Assembly (NCBI GenBank): GCA_963785725.1
Contig: CAWAWS010000006.1
Location: forward strand, 288,001 to 352,000
Length of the DNA stretch: 64,000 nucleotides
DNA from: an uncultured delta proteobacterium
GTDB lineage: Bacteria > Myxococcota_A > Polyangia > Palsa-1104
Direction: 5' to 3'
The number at the start of each line of letters is the position of its first letter. Within the stretch, counting starts at the first letter, position 1. The notes beneath the pieces are model-generated. The model had not been told where the DNA came from. It searched no databases and was given only the letters and a program-made list of their open reading frames with translations. Of this stretch, positions 32,595 through 43,733 are shown piece by piece. The position numbers were made by a program, and so were the translations under genes.

Positions 32595-35500
32595 TCAACG
32601 AATGGCGGCGGTCAGCGCCTCGCGAACGAAGCCGTTGTTGTCCCGTTTGAGCGCGGCCAGCGCCCGCGCGCCCTTGTCGGGCCACAGCTCGCCGTGCGCC
32701 GTGGCGGCGAGGACGGCCGCGCGGCGCTCGCGCCATTCGCCCGACTGCAGCGCGCGCTCGACGACGGCGACGAGCGGCGCGCGTGCGGCAACCGGCAGCG
32801 GCGGGGCGCTCGCGGCGAGCGCGGCGAGCGCGGCCAGGCGAACCGGCAGCGCGCCGTCGGCGAGCGCGACCGCGGTCAGCTCGCCGTCGCCGGCGTGCAC
32901 CGCCAGCCGCGCCGTGCGCGCGCGCAGCAGCGGGTCGTCGGTCTTCTGCAGCTTGCGCAGCGACGGGGAAATGCGCGGCCACAGCGGCGCCAGCGTCTCC
33001 GGCGGTGCCGACTCGAGGTCCGCCAAGAGGCGCGCCACCAGATCGCGATGGCGACCGAGGCCCTCGTTGACGATGGCGGCCACGGCCTCGCTGTCGAGAG
33101 CGCGCGCGGCTTCGAACGGCGCCGGCAGCGCGCCTTCGGACGGCGTCATCGCGCGGGCGCCGAGGCGCGCCAAGGTGCGCTTGACGTCGATGCCGTCGTC
33201 GCCGTGCGCCACGAAGTCGGGCGCGGTCAGCGCCGGCAGACGCCGTCCGCCGGCCAGCGCGAGCAGCGCGGCGGCGCGCACGTCGTCGCGATCGAGCAGC
33301 GCGGCGCGCACGAGCGCCGCCATCGCGTCGGGCGCGCGCGTCTCCGCCGCTCGCGCATCGAGCGCGCCCAAGGCCCACGCGGTCGCGACCTGCAGATCGT
33401 CGGCGCCTTCGCGCAGCGTGGCGACGAGCGCGGCGCGGGCCGCCGTGCGCTCGGCCGCGGCCAATGGCGACGGCGACTCGGCCGCGACGAGCCCGACGGC
33501 AAAGGCGCAGCCGAGGCGCGCTTCGGGGCTGCGCTGACCGTCGCGCAGTCGCTCGAGCAGCGCCGAAAACGCGTGCCCGCCGGCGTGCGCGCCCAAGCTC
33601 AGGCACGCCATCGCCTGCACGTCGACGCTGCCGTCGTCGAGCGCGCCCACGAGCGCCGCTTGCGCCCGCTTGTCGCTGCTGCGGCCGAGCCCATAAACGG
33701 CCGCCACGCGCAGCTGCTTCTCCGGCTCGGCGAGCAGCTTCACCAGCGACGGCCACTGCGCCGGCGACGCCAGCGCGGCCGCCGCCTCGGCCGCCTGCTC
33801 GCGCAGCTCGACCGCCGCCGCCCGGTCGACGCGTGTCGCCGCCTGCTCGTTCGGCCGCGCCTTGTGCGTCAGCGCCAGCTTCACGAGCGCCGGCGTGGCG
33901 CTGGCGTTGCCGAACGCGCCCAGCAGCGCCACCGCGACGCGCTGCTGCGCCGTCTCGCCGTCGACGAGCACGTCGAGCAGCGGGCGCAAGCCGTGCTCGC
34001 CGAGGCGCGCCAGCTCCGGTCGCGCCGAGGCGTCGCCTTGCCGAGCGCGCGTCACCAGCGGCGAGCCGTAGCGATCGTAGAGCTCGAGCAGCAGGTTGCG
34101 ATAGACGGGCTTATCGGCGTGCGCATAGGCCAGCGGCGACAGCTCACGCTCGAGCTCGCCCAAGCTGCCCAAATATTCCTCGAGATCGATGGCGCGACGG
34201 GCGGCATCGAGGACCATCTCTTCGTCGGGCGCGCGGCGCATGACGGCGCGATAGAGCTCGGCCGCGCGCGCCTCCTGCCCGCGGCGCAGCTGCAGCCGCG
34301 CCAGCGTGAAATAGACCTTCCACTGCCGATCGTCGATCTCGAGCGCGCGCTCGTACGCGGTCGCGGCGCCGGCCAGATCTTCACGCTTCTCCAACACTTC
34401 ACCGAGGCGCACTTCGGCCGCGGCGTCGGCGGGACCGAGCTCGACCGCTTTCTTCGCGAACGTCAGCGCGTCGGCGTCCTGATACAGCTGCAGCGACAGC
34501 TCGGCGATCTGCGGATAGAGCTCGCGGCCGCGCGACGGCTCCAGCTCCGCCGCCGTCTTCAGCGCCGCCAGCGCCTGCTTGGGCCGATGGCGCGCGCGCT
34601 CGACCTGCCCGATGGCGACCCAGGCGTCGGCGCGCAGCTTCGTCGATTTGGCCTTGTCGCCGAGCTTCTGCAGCAGCTCCTCGGCCATCTCGGCGCGACC
34701 CATCTTCAACAGCGCGTCGGCGCAAAAGAGCGTATACGCGGCCGCGGTCGGCTCGTCGGTCGCTTGCTCGGCGCGCGTGCGATATTCGGCGACGCGCAGG
34801 CCGAGGCGACCTTGTCGCGCCAGCACCGTCACCAACCGCTGCCGCAATTCGAGCAGCGCCGCGCCCGATTTCGCGCCTGCCGCGCGCTCGAACAGCGTCG
34901 CCCACACCTCCTCGGCCTCGCGGTCGCGATGCAGCCGCTCCAGCGTCGACGCCAAGCCCTTTTGCACGTTGACGTCGTCGGGCGCCGCTTTGGCCGCGCG
35001 CTCGTACAGATCGAGCGCCTCGGGCGCCAAGTCGTGCTCCACGTAGACTTCCGCCAGCCGCACCATCGCCGGCACTTTCGGACCGCGATCGAGCAGCTTC
35101 TTCCACAGCTCGAGCGCGCGCTTCTTGTTCCCTTTTTGCCAGATCAGCTCACCGAGCGCGACGAGATGGGTCTCGTCTTCGGGCTCGAGCCGCACCAGCA
35201 GCTCCTGCTCGTGCAGCGCTTCGTCGGGCAGTGCCCAGCGCGAATAGAGCTCGGCCAGCTGCGCATGCACCGACGGATCCGACGTCTCGCGCCCGAGCGC
35301 GGCGGCGATCTTGATGGCCTCGGCGCGACCGTCGGGGGTCTTGACGAGCCGCTCCGCCAATTCCAGGCGAAAGCGCGCTTCGCCGGGCGCGCTCTGCACG
35401 AGGCGGCGATATTCGGCGATGGCTTCGGCGTCGCGTCCGGTGCGTTCGTAGAGCGCGATGAGCCGCTTGCGCGCGTCGAGCGCGTGCGGGTCGAGCGCCA

Positions 35501-36482
35501 GCGCGCGGCGGAACGCGACCTGCGCTTTGTCCGCGTCGCCGAGCTCGTCCCAGACGCGGCCGAGCAGCTCCCACTCGCCGAAGTCGCGGCCGTTGTCGGG
35601 CCAGGCGCGCTCCCATTCGCCGACGAGCAGGCGCAGCTCGTCGTGCTTGCGCGCCAGCCCCAAGATCTTGTCGGCGGCCTCGCGGCGCAAGTAGTTGCCT
35701 TTGGGCGCGAGCGCGAACGTCTTGTCGTAGGCGGCGCGCGCCGCTTTGTCGTCGCCGCCGGCCTCTTCGAGCGCGCCCGTGCGCAGCCACGCTTGGCCTT
35801 GCCGCGCCGGATCGCGCGCGAGCCGTTCGGCCAGCGTGCGCCACAACGCCGCCGCTTCGTGCGCGTGATTGCGAGCGGCGAGCGCCTCGGCCCACTGTTG
35901 CCGCGCGTCGTCGTCGTGCTCGTCCGTGCGCAGCAGCTCTTCGTAATAGGGGCGCGCTTCGGTCAACGCCTCTTCGGCCGAGAGCCCACGATCGGGAGCC
36001 AGCGCCAGATCCGCCAGCTTGCGCAACAGCGGCCGGCGACGGTGGGCGTCGGTCACTTTGGGCAGCGCCGCGCCGTAACGGGCGCGCGCGGCGGCGGACT
36101 GGCCGCGCTTTTGCTCGACGTCGCCGAGCGCCACCAGCGCGCGAACGTCGTCGGGACGGGCGCTCGCGGCGTGACCGAGCGCGTCGGCGGCGGCGGGCCA
36201 GTCGCCGCGCGCGGCCAAGAAGCGGCCGTAGACGAGCCAGTCGTTCTCGTCGCCGCTTTGCGCCGTCGTCGCGAGCTCGCGCTTGAGCTGCTCGACCGAA
36301 CGATACTGCTTGTAGAGCTGCGTCAGCTTCCCGAGCGCGTCGGCGTCGTTGGGATCGCGATGCAAGAGCTGCTTGTAGCGCGCGACGACCTTGACGTCGA
36401 AGGGTGAGCGCTTGACCTCCCAGTCGGCGCGCGCGGACGGCGCGGCTGCGAAGAGGAGCACGACGAGCGCCAGGCGACGCAT
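32595..36482 (-). CDS. Large secreted TPR and HEAT repeat protein (1295 aa)
   Basis: Signal peptide; many TPR-like helices (AFRRALALDP, AYERALEID); C-terminal HEAT repeats (LRVAAVYGLG, VQAMACLSLG). Confidence 0.85.
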   Translation of the reverse strand: MRRLALVVLLFAAAPSARADWEVKRSPFDVKVVARYKQLLHRDPNDADALGKLTQLYKQYRSVEQLKRELATTAQSGDENDWLVYGRFLAARGDWPAAADALGHAASARPDDVRALVALGDVEQKRGQSAAARARYGAALPKVTDAHRRRPLLRKLADLALAPDRGLSAEEALTEARPYYEELLRTDEHDDDARQQWAEALAARNHAHEAAALWRTLAERLARDPARQGQAWLRTGALEEAGGDDKAARAAYDKTFALAPKGNYLRREAADKILGLARKHDELRLLVGEWERAWPDNGRDFGEWELLGRVWDELGDADKAQVAFRRALALDPHALDARKRLIALYERTGRDAEAIAEYRRLVQSAPGEARFRLELAERLVKTPDGRAEAIKIAAALGRETSDPSVHAQLAELYSRWALPDEALHEQELLVRLEPEDETHLVALGELIWQKGNKKRALELWKKLLDRGPKVPAMVRLAEVYVEHDLAPEALDLYERAAKAAPDDVNVQKGLASTLERLHRDREAEEVWATLFERAAGAKSGAALLELRQRLVTVLARQGRLGLRVAEYRTRAEQATDEPTAAAYTLFCADALLKMGRAEMAEELLQKLGDKAKSTKLRADAWVAIGQVERARHRPKQALAALKTAAELEPSRGRELYPQIAELSLQLYQDADALTFAKKAVELGPADAAAEVRLGEVLEKREDLAGAATAYERALEIDDRQWKVYFTLARLQLRRGQEARAAELYRAVMRRAPDEEMVLDAARRAIDLEEYLGSLGELERELSPLAYAHADKPVYRNLLLELYDRYGSPLVTRARQGDASARPELARLGEHGLRPLLDVLVDGETAQQRVAVALLGAFGNASATPALVKLALTHKARPNEQAATRVDRAAAVELREQAAEAAAALASPAQWPSLVKLLAEPEKQLRVAAVYGLGRSSDKRAQAALVGALDDGSVDVQAMACLSLGAHAGGHAFSALLERLRDGQRSPEARLGCAFAVGLVAAESPSPLAAAERTAARAALVATLREGADDLQVATAWALGALDARAAETRAPDAMAALVRAALLDRDDVRAAALLALAGGRRLPALTAPDFVAHGDDGIDVKRTLARLGARAMTPSEGALPAPFEAARALDSEAVAAIVNEGLGRHRDLVARLLADLESAPPETLAPLWPRISPSLRKLQKTDDPLLRARTARLAVHAGDGELTAVALADGALPVRLAALAALAASAPPLPVAARAPLVAVVERALQSGEWRERRAAVLAATAHGELWPDKGARALAALKRDNNGFVREALTAAIR

Positions 36483-36517
36483 GGCCGCAGTGTAGCGCGC
36501 TTTTTCGGCGCTGCTTG

Positions 36518-36979
36518 CTAGTGGTAACGATTGGCGCGGACGAGCTCCAGGATCTGCTCGAGCCGCTTGCGCTTGTAGTCGTACAGATAATCCTCGAGCA
36601 GGCGCTGATGACCGCGCGCCACGTCGACCAGCTCGATGCCGGTGCCGTGCACGAAGTCGAGGCTCAGCTCGTCGTAGCGAATCTCGCCGCGCGCCCAGAT
36701 GCTGTCGCTCGTGCCCGGCAGCGTGAACTCGAGCTGCACGTGGCGGCTCTGCCGTCCGAACTGCCGCGGCGCCTTCGTCGTCACCCGATTCATGTACAGG
36801 CCCGTCGCCGACACGTTCGTGGTCAGCGCGCGATGCGGCCGATCGTCGACATACTCGTCGAGGAAGATCTCGAGCGGCACACGCTCGAGGTCACGGCGCT
36901 CACCCGATTCGCGGGCGTTGCGCCAAGCGTGACGAGAGGTCCAGGCGGAACGGGAAGACACTTTCGGGGTCAGCGACAT
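36518..36979 (-). CDS. PilZ domain protein
   Basis: RRDLER (RxxxR) and NVSATG (NxSxxG); GGAGG RBS. Confidence 0.82.
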   Translation of the reverse strand: MSLTPKVSSRSAWTSRHAWRNARESGERRDLERVPLEIFLDEYVDDRPHRALTTNVSATGLYMNRVTTKAPRQFGRQSRHVQLEFTLPGTSDSIWARGEIRYDELSLDFVHGTGIELVDVARGHQRLLEDYLYDYKRKRLEQILELVRANRYH

Positions 36980-37067
36980 CAACGCCTCCAGGCGCTCGGT
37001 GCGATATGTAGGATACTGTAGTTATCGAACAGCCCCCAGGTCAAAATATTTGTGGCAGGATGCACCG

Positions 37068-37592
37068 GTGTCCGCCTCCAAATCCTCCTCTCGCCCGTCG
37101 ACCACGCGCGTTCCGTTGTGGGCTAAATTAGTCGCCACCGCGGGCGGCGCCGGCTTCTCGCCGGTCGCGCCCGGCACCTGCGGGACGCTCGTCGCCGTCC
37201 CGATCGCGTGGCTGCTCACGCGCGCGGGGACGCCGGCGTTCTGGCTCGGCTTTCTCGTCATCACCGCCATCGGCACGTGGGCGTCCGAGGTCTTCTGCCG
37301 CGCCACCGGCGTCGACGACGATCAGCGCATCGTCATCGACGAGGTGGCCGGCTACTTGTTGACGATCGCGTTCATCCCGCGCGGCTGGGTCAACATCCTC
37401 CTCGGCGTGATCGTCTTCCGCCTGTTCGACATCTGGAAGCCGGGCCCGATTCGCCTCGTCGACGAGAAGGTCCACGGCGGCGTCGGTGTCATGGCCGACG
37501 ATCTGGCCGCCGGCGTCGTCGGCGCTCTGGTCATGTTGGCGCTGCACTACTTCGGCGTCGACGCCCGGCTGAGCGCGCTCGTGCACCGATGA
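37068..37592 (+). CDS. pgpA: Phosphatidylglycerophosphatase A
   Basis: APGTCGT, IVIDEVAG, FRLFDIWKP, GVMADDLAAG. Confidence 0.92.
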   Translation: MSASKSSSRPSTTRVPLWAKLVATAGGAGFSPVAPGTCGTLVAVPIAWLLTRAGTPAFWLGFLVITAIGTWASEVFCRATGVDDDQRIVIDEVAGYLLTIAFIPRGWVNILLGVIVFRLFDIWKPGPIRLVDEKVHGGVGVMADDLAAGVVGALVMLALHYFGVDARLSALVHR

Positions 37593-38701
37593 ACGAGGCG
37601 CCGCGCAAGCGGGTGCGCCCGTTTCCGCTCGCGGAATTACCGCGCGTCACGCGCGCGCAAGCGGCGGCGGCGCGCCTGCTCATGGCGCGGCTGCCGGCGG
37701 CGCTCGGTCGCGAATGGGACGCCGTTGGTCGCGCGCTCGGCGGACCGGCGACGCTGACGCTGACCGAGATCTACGCGCTGCCGGCGCGCGAGCTGGCGGC
37801 GCAGGCGCGCGGCGCCGTGGTCAAGCTGGCGCTGCGCGGGCCGCGCTGGGCGCTCGTCGTCGTCGACGGCCGCTTGGCGCCGCGGCTGGCGCGCGCCGCG
37901 CTCGGCTTGGCCGGCGACGCCGAGCTGGCCGCCGCCCGCCCGTTGACGCTGGCCGAAGAGGGCGCGCTCGAATTCCTAGTGGCAGCAGCGGTTGGCGATG
38001 CCGCGCTCGTCAGCGGCGTCGTCGGTGACGCGGGCGTGGCCGGGCTCGCGCACGCGCTCGGCGACGGCTGGCTGGCGGTCGCGCAAGCGCGCGTCGAATG
38101 GCCCGGCGGCGACGGCTGGGCGCGCCTCATCGTGCCCGACGCGCTCAAGCTGTCGGCCGAGTCGCCGCGCGCGCTGGAATCGATCGGCGCCGGCGTGGCG
38201 CGGCTCGGCGACGCGCAGGTGGCGCTGCGCCTGGAGATGGGCCGGACCGCGGTGGCGCGCGAGGATTTGGCCGGCCTCGCCGATGGGGACGTCGTCCTGT
38301 TCGAGCGCTGCGGCGTGCATGATGCGCGCGGCGGACCCATCACGCTGCGCCTCGGTCGCGGCGGTTTTGCCGCGCGGCTCGACGGCGCGTCGGTCGTCAT
38401 CGAAGAAGCCTATCGACTCAACCCGGGAGCCGCGAACATGGAGTTCGATTCGTCGCACAAAGACGCCGCCGCCGCCGATCAGCTGTTGCGCGAGCTACCC
38501 GTCGAGGTCGTCTGCGAGCTCGGCCGCGTCACGATGAGCGGCCGCGAGCTCATCGAGCTACGACCCGGCGCCGTCATTCCCGCCGGCCGGCCGCTGGCAG
38601 GCCCGGTCGATCTCACCGTCGGCGGCCGCGTCGTCGCCCGCGGCGAGCTGGTCGACGTCGAGGGTGAGATCGGCGTGCGCATCACCCAAATGATCGAATA
38701 G
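37589..38701 (+). CDS. SctQ/FliM-FliN family C-ring protein
   Basis: Two SpoA-like segments; C-terminal LPVEVVCELGR...GAVI...[17 protein letters not shown]. Confidence 0.8.
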   Translation: MNEAPRKRVRPFPLAELPRVTRAQAAAARLLMARLPAALGREWDAVGRALGGPATLTLTEIYALPARELAAQARGAVVKLALRGPRWALVVVDGRLAPRLARAALGLAGDAELAAARPLTLAEEGALEFLVAAAVGDAALVSGVVGDAGVAGLAHALGDGWLAVAQARVEWPGGDGWARLIVPDALKLSAESPRALESIGAGVARLGDAQVALRLEMGRTAVAREDLAGLADGDVVLFERCGVHDARGGPITLRLGRGGFAARLDGASVVIEEAYRLNPGAANMEFDSSHKDAAAADQLLRELPVEVVCELGRVTMSGRELIELRPGAVIPAGRPLAGPVDLTVGGRVVARGELVDVEGEIGVRITQMIE

Positions 38702-40150
38702 CGCGCTCACGCGCTCGGCGTAGAGGCGGGCGTAGGCTTGCGCACTCTTGTGCCACGAGAAGTCTTGCGCCATGCAGCGCCGCATCGAGCGACGTGAACA
38801 GCTCGGGCGAGGCGTAGGTCGTCAGCGCGCGCTGCCAGGCCTCGATGAGCGCCTCGGGCTCGTAGCGCTCGAGCTTGAAGCCGGTGCCGCTGCGCGAGCG
38901 CGGGTCGAAGTCGACGATCGAGTCGTCGAGCCCGCCCGTCGCGCGCACGATCGGCGGCGTCCCGTAGCGCAGCGAGTAGAGCTGATTGAGACCGCAGGGC
39001 TCGAAGCGCGACGGCATGACGTACAAGTCCGCGCCGGCTTCGATGCGATGGGCCAGCGCCTCGTCGTAGCCGATGCGCACCGCCAGCTGCTTGGGATGCT
39101 TCGCCGCCAGCGCTTTCAGCTGCGCTTCGATGCGACCATCGCCGGTGCCGAGCACGACATATTGCAGCGCCTGACGCTCGAGCAGCGACGGCAACGCCGC
39201 CAAGATGAGGTCGAAGCCCTTTTGCTCGGTCAGCCGCGAGATCGATCCGCACAGCGGCACGTCGGCGCGTACGGGCAGGCCGAATTCGCGCTGCAGCGCC
39301 GCTTTGCACGTGCGCTTGCCGGCGAGCGCCGTCTCCGAGTACGTCGCCGGCAGGTTCTGATCGCGCTCGGGATTCCAAGCGTCGTAGTCGGCGCCATTCA
39401 AAATGCCGTGCAAAACCGATTGGCGCGCGCGCAATAAACCGTCCATTCCGAGGCCCTGCTCGGGCGTTTGGATTTCGCGCGCGTAAGTCGGGCTCACCGT
39501 CGACAAACGATCGGCCAGCGCCAGTCCTGCCTTGAGGTACGAAACCTGGCCCCAGAATTCGTAGCCCTCGAGATTGTAATATTCGCGAGGCAATCCCAGC
39601 TCATCGATCACCGACGCCGGAAACAATCCTTGGAAGGCGAGATTGTGCAGCGTGAAGACGGTCTTCGGCAGCGGGAGATTGCCCCATTTGCGCTTGGCGA
39701 ACAGGATCGCCGGGCCGCCTTGCCAGTCATGCGCGTGCACGACGTCGGGCCACTGCGCCGAACTCCGCCGACAGCGCCAGCGCCGCCGAGCCGAGCAGGG
39801 CGAAGCGGCGCGCGTTGTCGGCGTAGTCGCCGTGCGCGTCGCCGTAAATGCCGTCGCGATCGAACGACGGCGCGTGGTCGATGAGGTAGACGCGCACGCG
39901 CGGCGTCGACGGCGCTTGCCCTTCGTAGACGCCGACCTCGACGGTGTCGTTGCCAAGCGGCGTCGCCAAGCCGCGCAGCCGCCGCGCCAGGCCGAAGCGC
40001 TCGGGATCGATCGAGCGGTAGCGCGGCGTCACCACCGACGACGTCGTGGCCGAGCGCCGCCAGTTGTCGCGGCAGCGCGCCCAGCACGTCGGCCAGCCCG
40101 CCCGTCTTCGAATACGGCGCCACTTCGGACGCGACGTGCAGGATGCGCAT
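38682..40150 (-). CDS. glgA: Glycogen synthase (several frameshifts; 3' end uncertain)
   Basis: [62 protein letters not shown] across frames. Confidence 0.88.
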
Positions 40151-40152
40151 TT

Positions 40153-41160
40153 CTAGGATTCGATTTCGCGCAGGAAGCGAGCGGCGTCTTCGGGCGGCGT
40201 CGGGTTGATATAAAAGCCGGAACCCCATTCGAAACCGGCGACTTGAATCAGCGTAGGCATGATCTCGATGTGCCAGTGATAATGCGGCGGGTCGTCTTCG
40301 CCGAATGGCGTCGTATGCAGAATGAAGTTGTACGGCGGATCGTCGAGCGCCACATTCAGCTTGTGCAGCGCAGTCTTGAGCGCATTGGCGAGTAACGCGA
40401 AATCTTCGTCGCTGGTGTGCTCGAAGCGGGCGCGATGGTGGCGCGGCAAGACCCAGGTTTCGAACGGAAACTTGGGCGCATAAGGCTCGATGGCGACGAA
40501 GCCGCCGTTCTCGTAGACCAGCCGCTCGCGCTCCTTGAGCTCCTGGCGCACGATGTCGCAGAACACACAGCGCTCTTTGACGCGATAGTGCTTCTTCGCG
40601 CCCTTCATCTCCTCGGCGACGGTGATGGGCACGACCGGCGTCGCGATGAGCTGCGAGTGCGGATGGTCGAGGCTGGCGCCGGCGGCGGTGCCGTGGTTCT
40701 TGAAGATCATGACGTAGTTCAAGCGCGTGTCGCGGCGCGAGATCGAGCATGCGATCGCGCCAGGCCGTGAGCACGCCGACGATCTCTTGCTCCGACAGCT
40801 CGGCTGAAGCCGCGCGTGTGATCGGGCGTCTCGACGATGACCTCGTGCGCGCCGACGCCGCTCATGAGGTCGTAGATGCCGTCGCCTTCGCGCTCGAGCA
40901 CGCCTTCGACGCGCAGCGCGGGGAACTTGTTGGGGAACGCGCGCAGCCGCCAGCCGGGCGCGTTGGCGCGCGCGCCCGGACCGTCGCTCGGCCGGTGCGC
41001 CAAGCAGCTCGGGCGGCGTCATCGACTCCTGGCCGGGACAGAACGGGCACACGCCGCGACGGACCTCGGCGCGCGCGTGAAAGTCCTGCGGCCGCTTGGT
41101 GCGCTCGGTGGCGATGATGACCCAGCGACCGACGATGGGATCTTTGCGTAGCTCGGGCAT
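40153..41160 (-). CDS. galT: GalT-family hexose-1-phosphate nucleotidyltransferase (frameshifts in N-terminal half)
   Basis: [25 protein letters not shown]...[21 protein letters not shown]. Confidence 0.85.
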   Translation of the reverse strand: MPELRKDPIVGRWVIIATERTKRPQDFHARAEVRRGVCPFCPGQESMTPPELLGAPAERRSGRARQRARLAAARVPQQVPRAARRRRARARRRRHLRPHERRRRARGHRRDARSHARLQPSCRSKRSSACSRPGAIACSISRRDTRLNYVMIFKNHGTAAGASLDHPHSQLIATPVVPITVAEEMKGAKKHYRVKERCVFCDIVRQELKERERLVYENGGFVAIEPYAPKFPFETWVLPRHHRARFEHTSDEDFALLANALKTALHKLNVALDDPPYNFILHTTPFGEDDPPHYHWHIEIMPTLIQVAGFEWGSGFYINPTPPEDAARFLREIES

Positions 41161-41195
41161 GCGCCGCGAATCTTAGACGAGTGCAGTGAAGCGGG

Positions 41196-43354
41196 CTACA
41201 GCGACGCCACTTCGATGACGACGCGGGCCTCGAACGGCTTGCCTTCGCTCAGCGTCACATCGCGCCAAACCGGGCACGATCAGCGACGCCTGGTAGGTGC
41301 GCTCGAAGCCGCCTTCGGACTGCGACGCCGTCTCGAGCGGGAAGCGCCAGATGACGTTGGCCGTCGGCGCGGCGACGCGCGTGACGAAGCGGTCCCACTC
41401 GTTGACCAGCTCGACCGGCGCCGTCGCCGCCGACTCGCCGACGGCGACGAGCTTGCGTTCGGCCGCGCCCAAGTCCTGGCCGGCGATGCGGTAGTAGCGA
41501 TCGGGCGCGTCGCCGGCGAGCAGCGTCAACGCCGACTCGCAGCCGAAGCCGAACGACAAGGGGCCGCCGTTGACGCTGATGCGGTAGTCGCAGCCGAGCT
41601 TGTTGCCGTCGAGCCAGATGGTCTTGTCGACCGTGACCTCGCGGCCGCCGACGAGCCCTTTGCGGCGCAAGAGCACGCGCGGCTTGGGCGCGCCGCCTTT
41701 GTCGAGGATGTCGTAAGGCGCGCCGGCGAAGTCGCCCAGCTCTTCGTAACGGCCGGACGCCAAGTCGTTCAGCGTCGTCGCCGGCGGGAGGAAGTGCTCG
41801 ACGAAGCCGAGCCGCGGATGGCGATCGTAGCGCAACAGCTCCTCGAGGCCCGCCGACTTCACCGTGTTCAAGTCGTGAATCGAGACCGGCCCGTCGCCGT
41901 GACCGGCCTGCTTGCGCGACGCTTCGAGCAGCTTGCCGTGATAGCCCTCGGGCCGCCGTCCGAGCACGTTGAGCAGGTTGAAGCGCTTCGGCCGATAGTC
42001 GAGCTCGAACACGCCGCCGCCCAAGTCGGGCTTCACGTAGGCCGCGAGCTCGCTGTTCTGCAAGATGATCTCGGGCTGCAAGTCGGCGTCGATGTCGGCC
42101 TCGATGATCGACGGCGCCGCTTCGCTGCCCGAAAGCACGCGCGTCGGCCGGCGATCTCGGTCTCGATGAGGTGGCGATAGACCGCGTCGCGCAAGTAGTT
42201 CAAGTAGAGCCCGCCGAAGAGGCCGTGCCAGTAGCCGCAGTTGCACTGCGCGCGATAGAGGTCGCGGCGCGCGTGCACGAGCGTCGCCGCGCCCGCCGGT
42301 CCGAGCTGCTGCTCGGCGCGATCGAGCTTGTCCGACACCCACACCATCTTCTTGTGCAGGTAAGTTGGCCTCGGGATATTTGGCCAAGAAGTTCTGCCAG
42401 ATGCCGCCGCGGAAGAACGGCGCGCGCGCCTTCCAGCTCACCGCGCGACTGCAGCTGCTGGCGCACTTGGTTGTAGTGAATCTGCGCGTCGGCGGGCAGG
42501 CTCCATTCGCCCATCTCCTCGTACGACGCCGTCGGCAAATAGACGCGCCCCGTCGGCCGATGCGTCTTCAGGTACTGCCCGAAATGTTCCGTCTTGAACG
42601 ATCCTTGCTGCTGGCGCTCGACCAAGGTGCGCAAGAAGTCGCGCAGCCAGCCTTGATCCCACACCCACTCTTTGGTGTGCGGCCAGACGCCGAACTTCTC
42701 GCCGTCGTCGCCGTAGGTGACCGCGCTGTCGCCGGGCGTCTCGCGGCGCAGCTGCTCGATGGCGTCGATCGATTCCCACGCCTTCAAGAACGGGATCGCC
42801 TGCCGCAGCTTTTGATCGATCGGGAACAGCGCCAGCGGCGTGCCCGCCTTTTCGGTGACGTAGTAGCCGCGCAAGGTGCCTTCGACGCCGGCGGCGCGAA
42901 AGTGGCCGTCGTCGACGAGCGTGAACTTGCAGCCGGCGTCGGCGATGAGCTTGGCCAGCGCCGGCTCCCACACGCGCTCGGCCAGCCACATGCCCTCGGG
43001 CCGCACGCCGAAGTGCTTCTCCAAGTAGTCGGCCATCATGTGGATCTGGCCGCGCGCGTCGCGCTCCGGCAGCACCGCCAGCATCGGCTCGTAGAAGCCG
43101 CCGCCGAGCAGCTCCACCTGTCCGCGCGTCACCAGCGCGCGCAGCTTGTCGAAATACTCCGGCCGCTCGCGCTCGATCCACTCGAACAGCGGGCCGGTGT
43201 GGTGCAGCGCCACCTTGATCGACGGGAACTCGGCCAGCGCGTCGACGAGCGGCCGATAGCAATCGTCGTAGGCCTGCTGGAACACGTGCCCGAAGTTGCC
43301 GTCGGGCTGATGGTTATGGATGGCGAGGAGCAGGGTGAGCTGGCCCATGGGCAT
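41196..43354 (-). CDS. GH57 4-alpha-glucanotransferase / alpha-amylase (frameshifts near 42430, 42140 and 41270)
   Basis: HNHQP, GGGFYEP, WLAERVWEP, DDGEKFG, AQCNCGYWHGLFGGLY, SQSEGGFE. Confidence 0.88.
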
Positions 43355-43525
43355 GCAAATCTATGCACCCGCCGGGCACACGTCAAAGCCGCCCGTGCCG
43401 ATTCTGCGCAAATGTGGCGGTGTCCTCGTCGGCGCGTGACGATCGCGCGTCCTCGCGTCAGGCGATGGCCCGATGCCGTGACGTCGTGGCGGTCGATTTA
43501 GGACGGAATCGTGCGAAACGCGGCG

Positions 43526-43729
43526 TTAGTCGCTGGATCCGCTGCCGGGCGGCTTCGAGTACAGATCTTTGTACCAACCGCCGCCTTTGAGCACGAACCG
43601 CGACGGCGAAATCACGCGCTCGAGCGCGCCGCCGCACGACTCGCACAGCGTCTTCTTGGGATCGTTCATGCCTTGCGTGTACTCGAAGCGCTTGTGGCAC
43701 TTCTCGCATTCGTATTCGTAAATCGGCAT
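43526..43729 (-). CDS. FmdB family zinc-ribbon protein
   Basis: MPIYEYECEKC...CESCGG...FVLKGGGWY. Confidence 0.9.
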   Translation of the reverse strand: MPIYEYECEKCHKRFEYTQGMNDPKKTLCESCGGALERVISPSRFVLKGGGWYKDLYSKPPGSGSSD

Positions 43730-43733
43730 CGTT

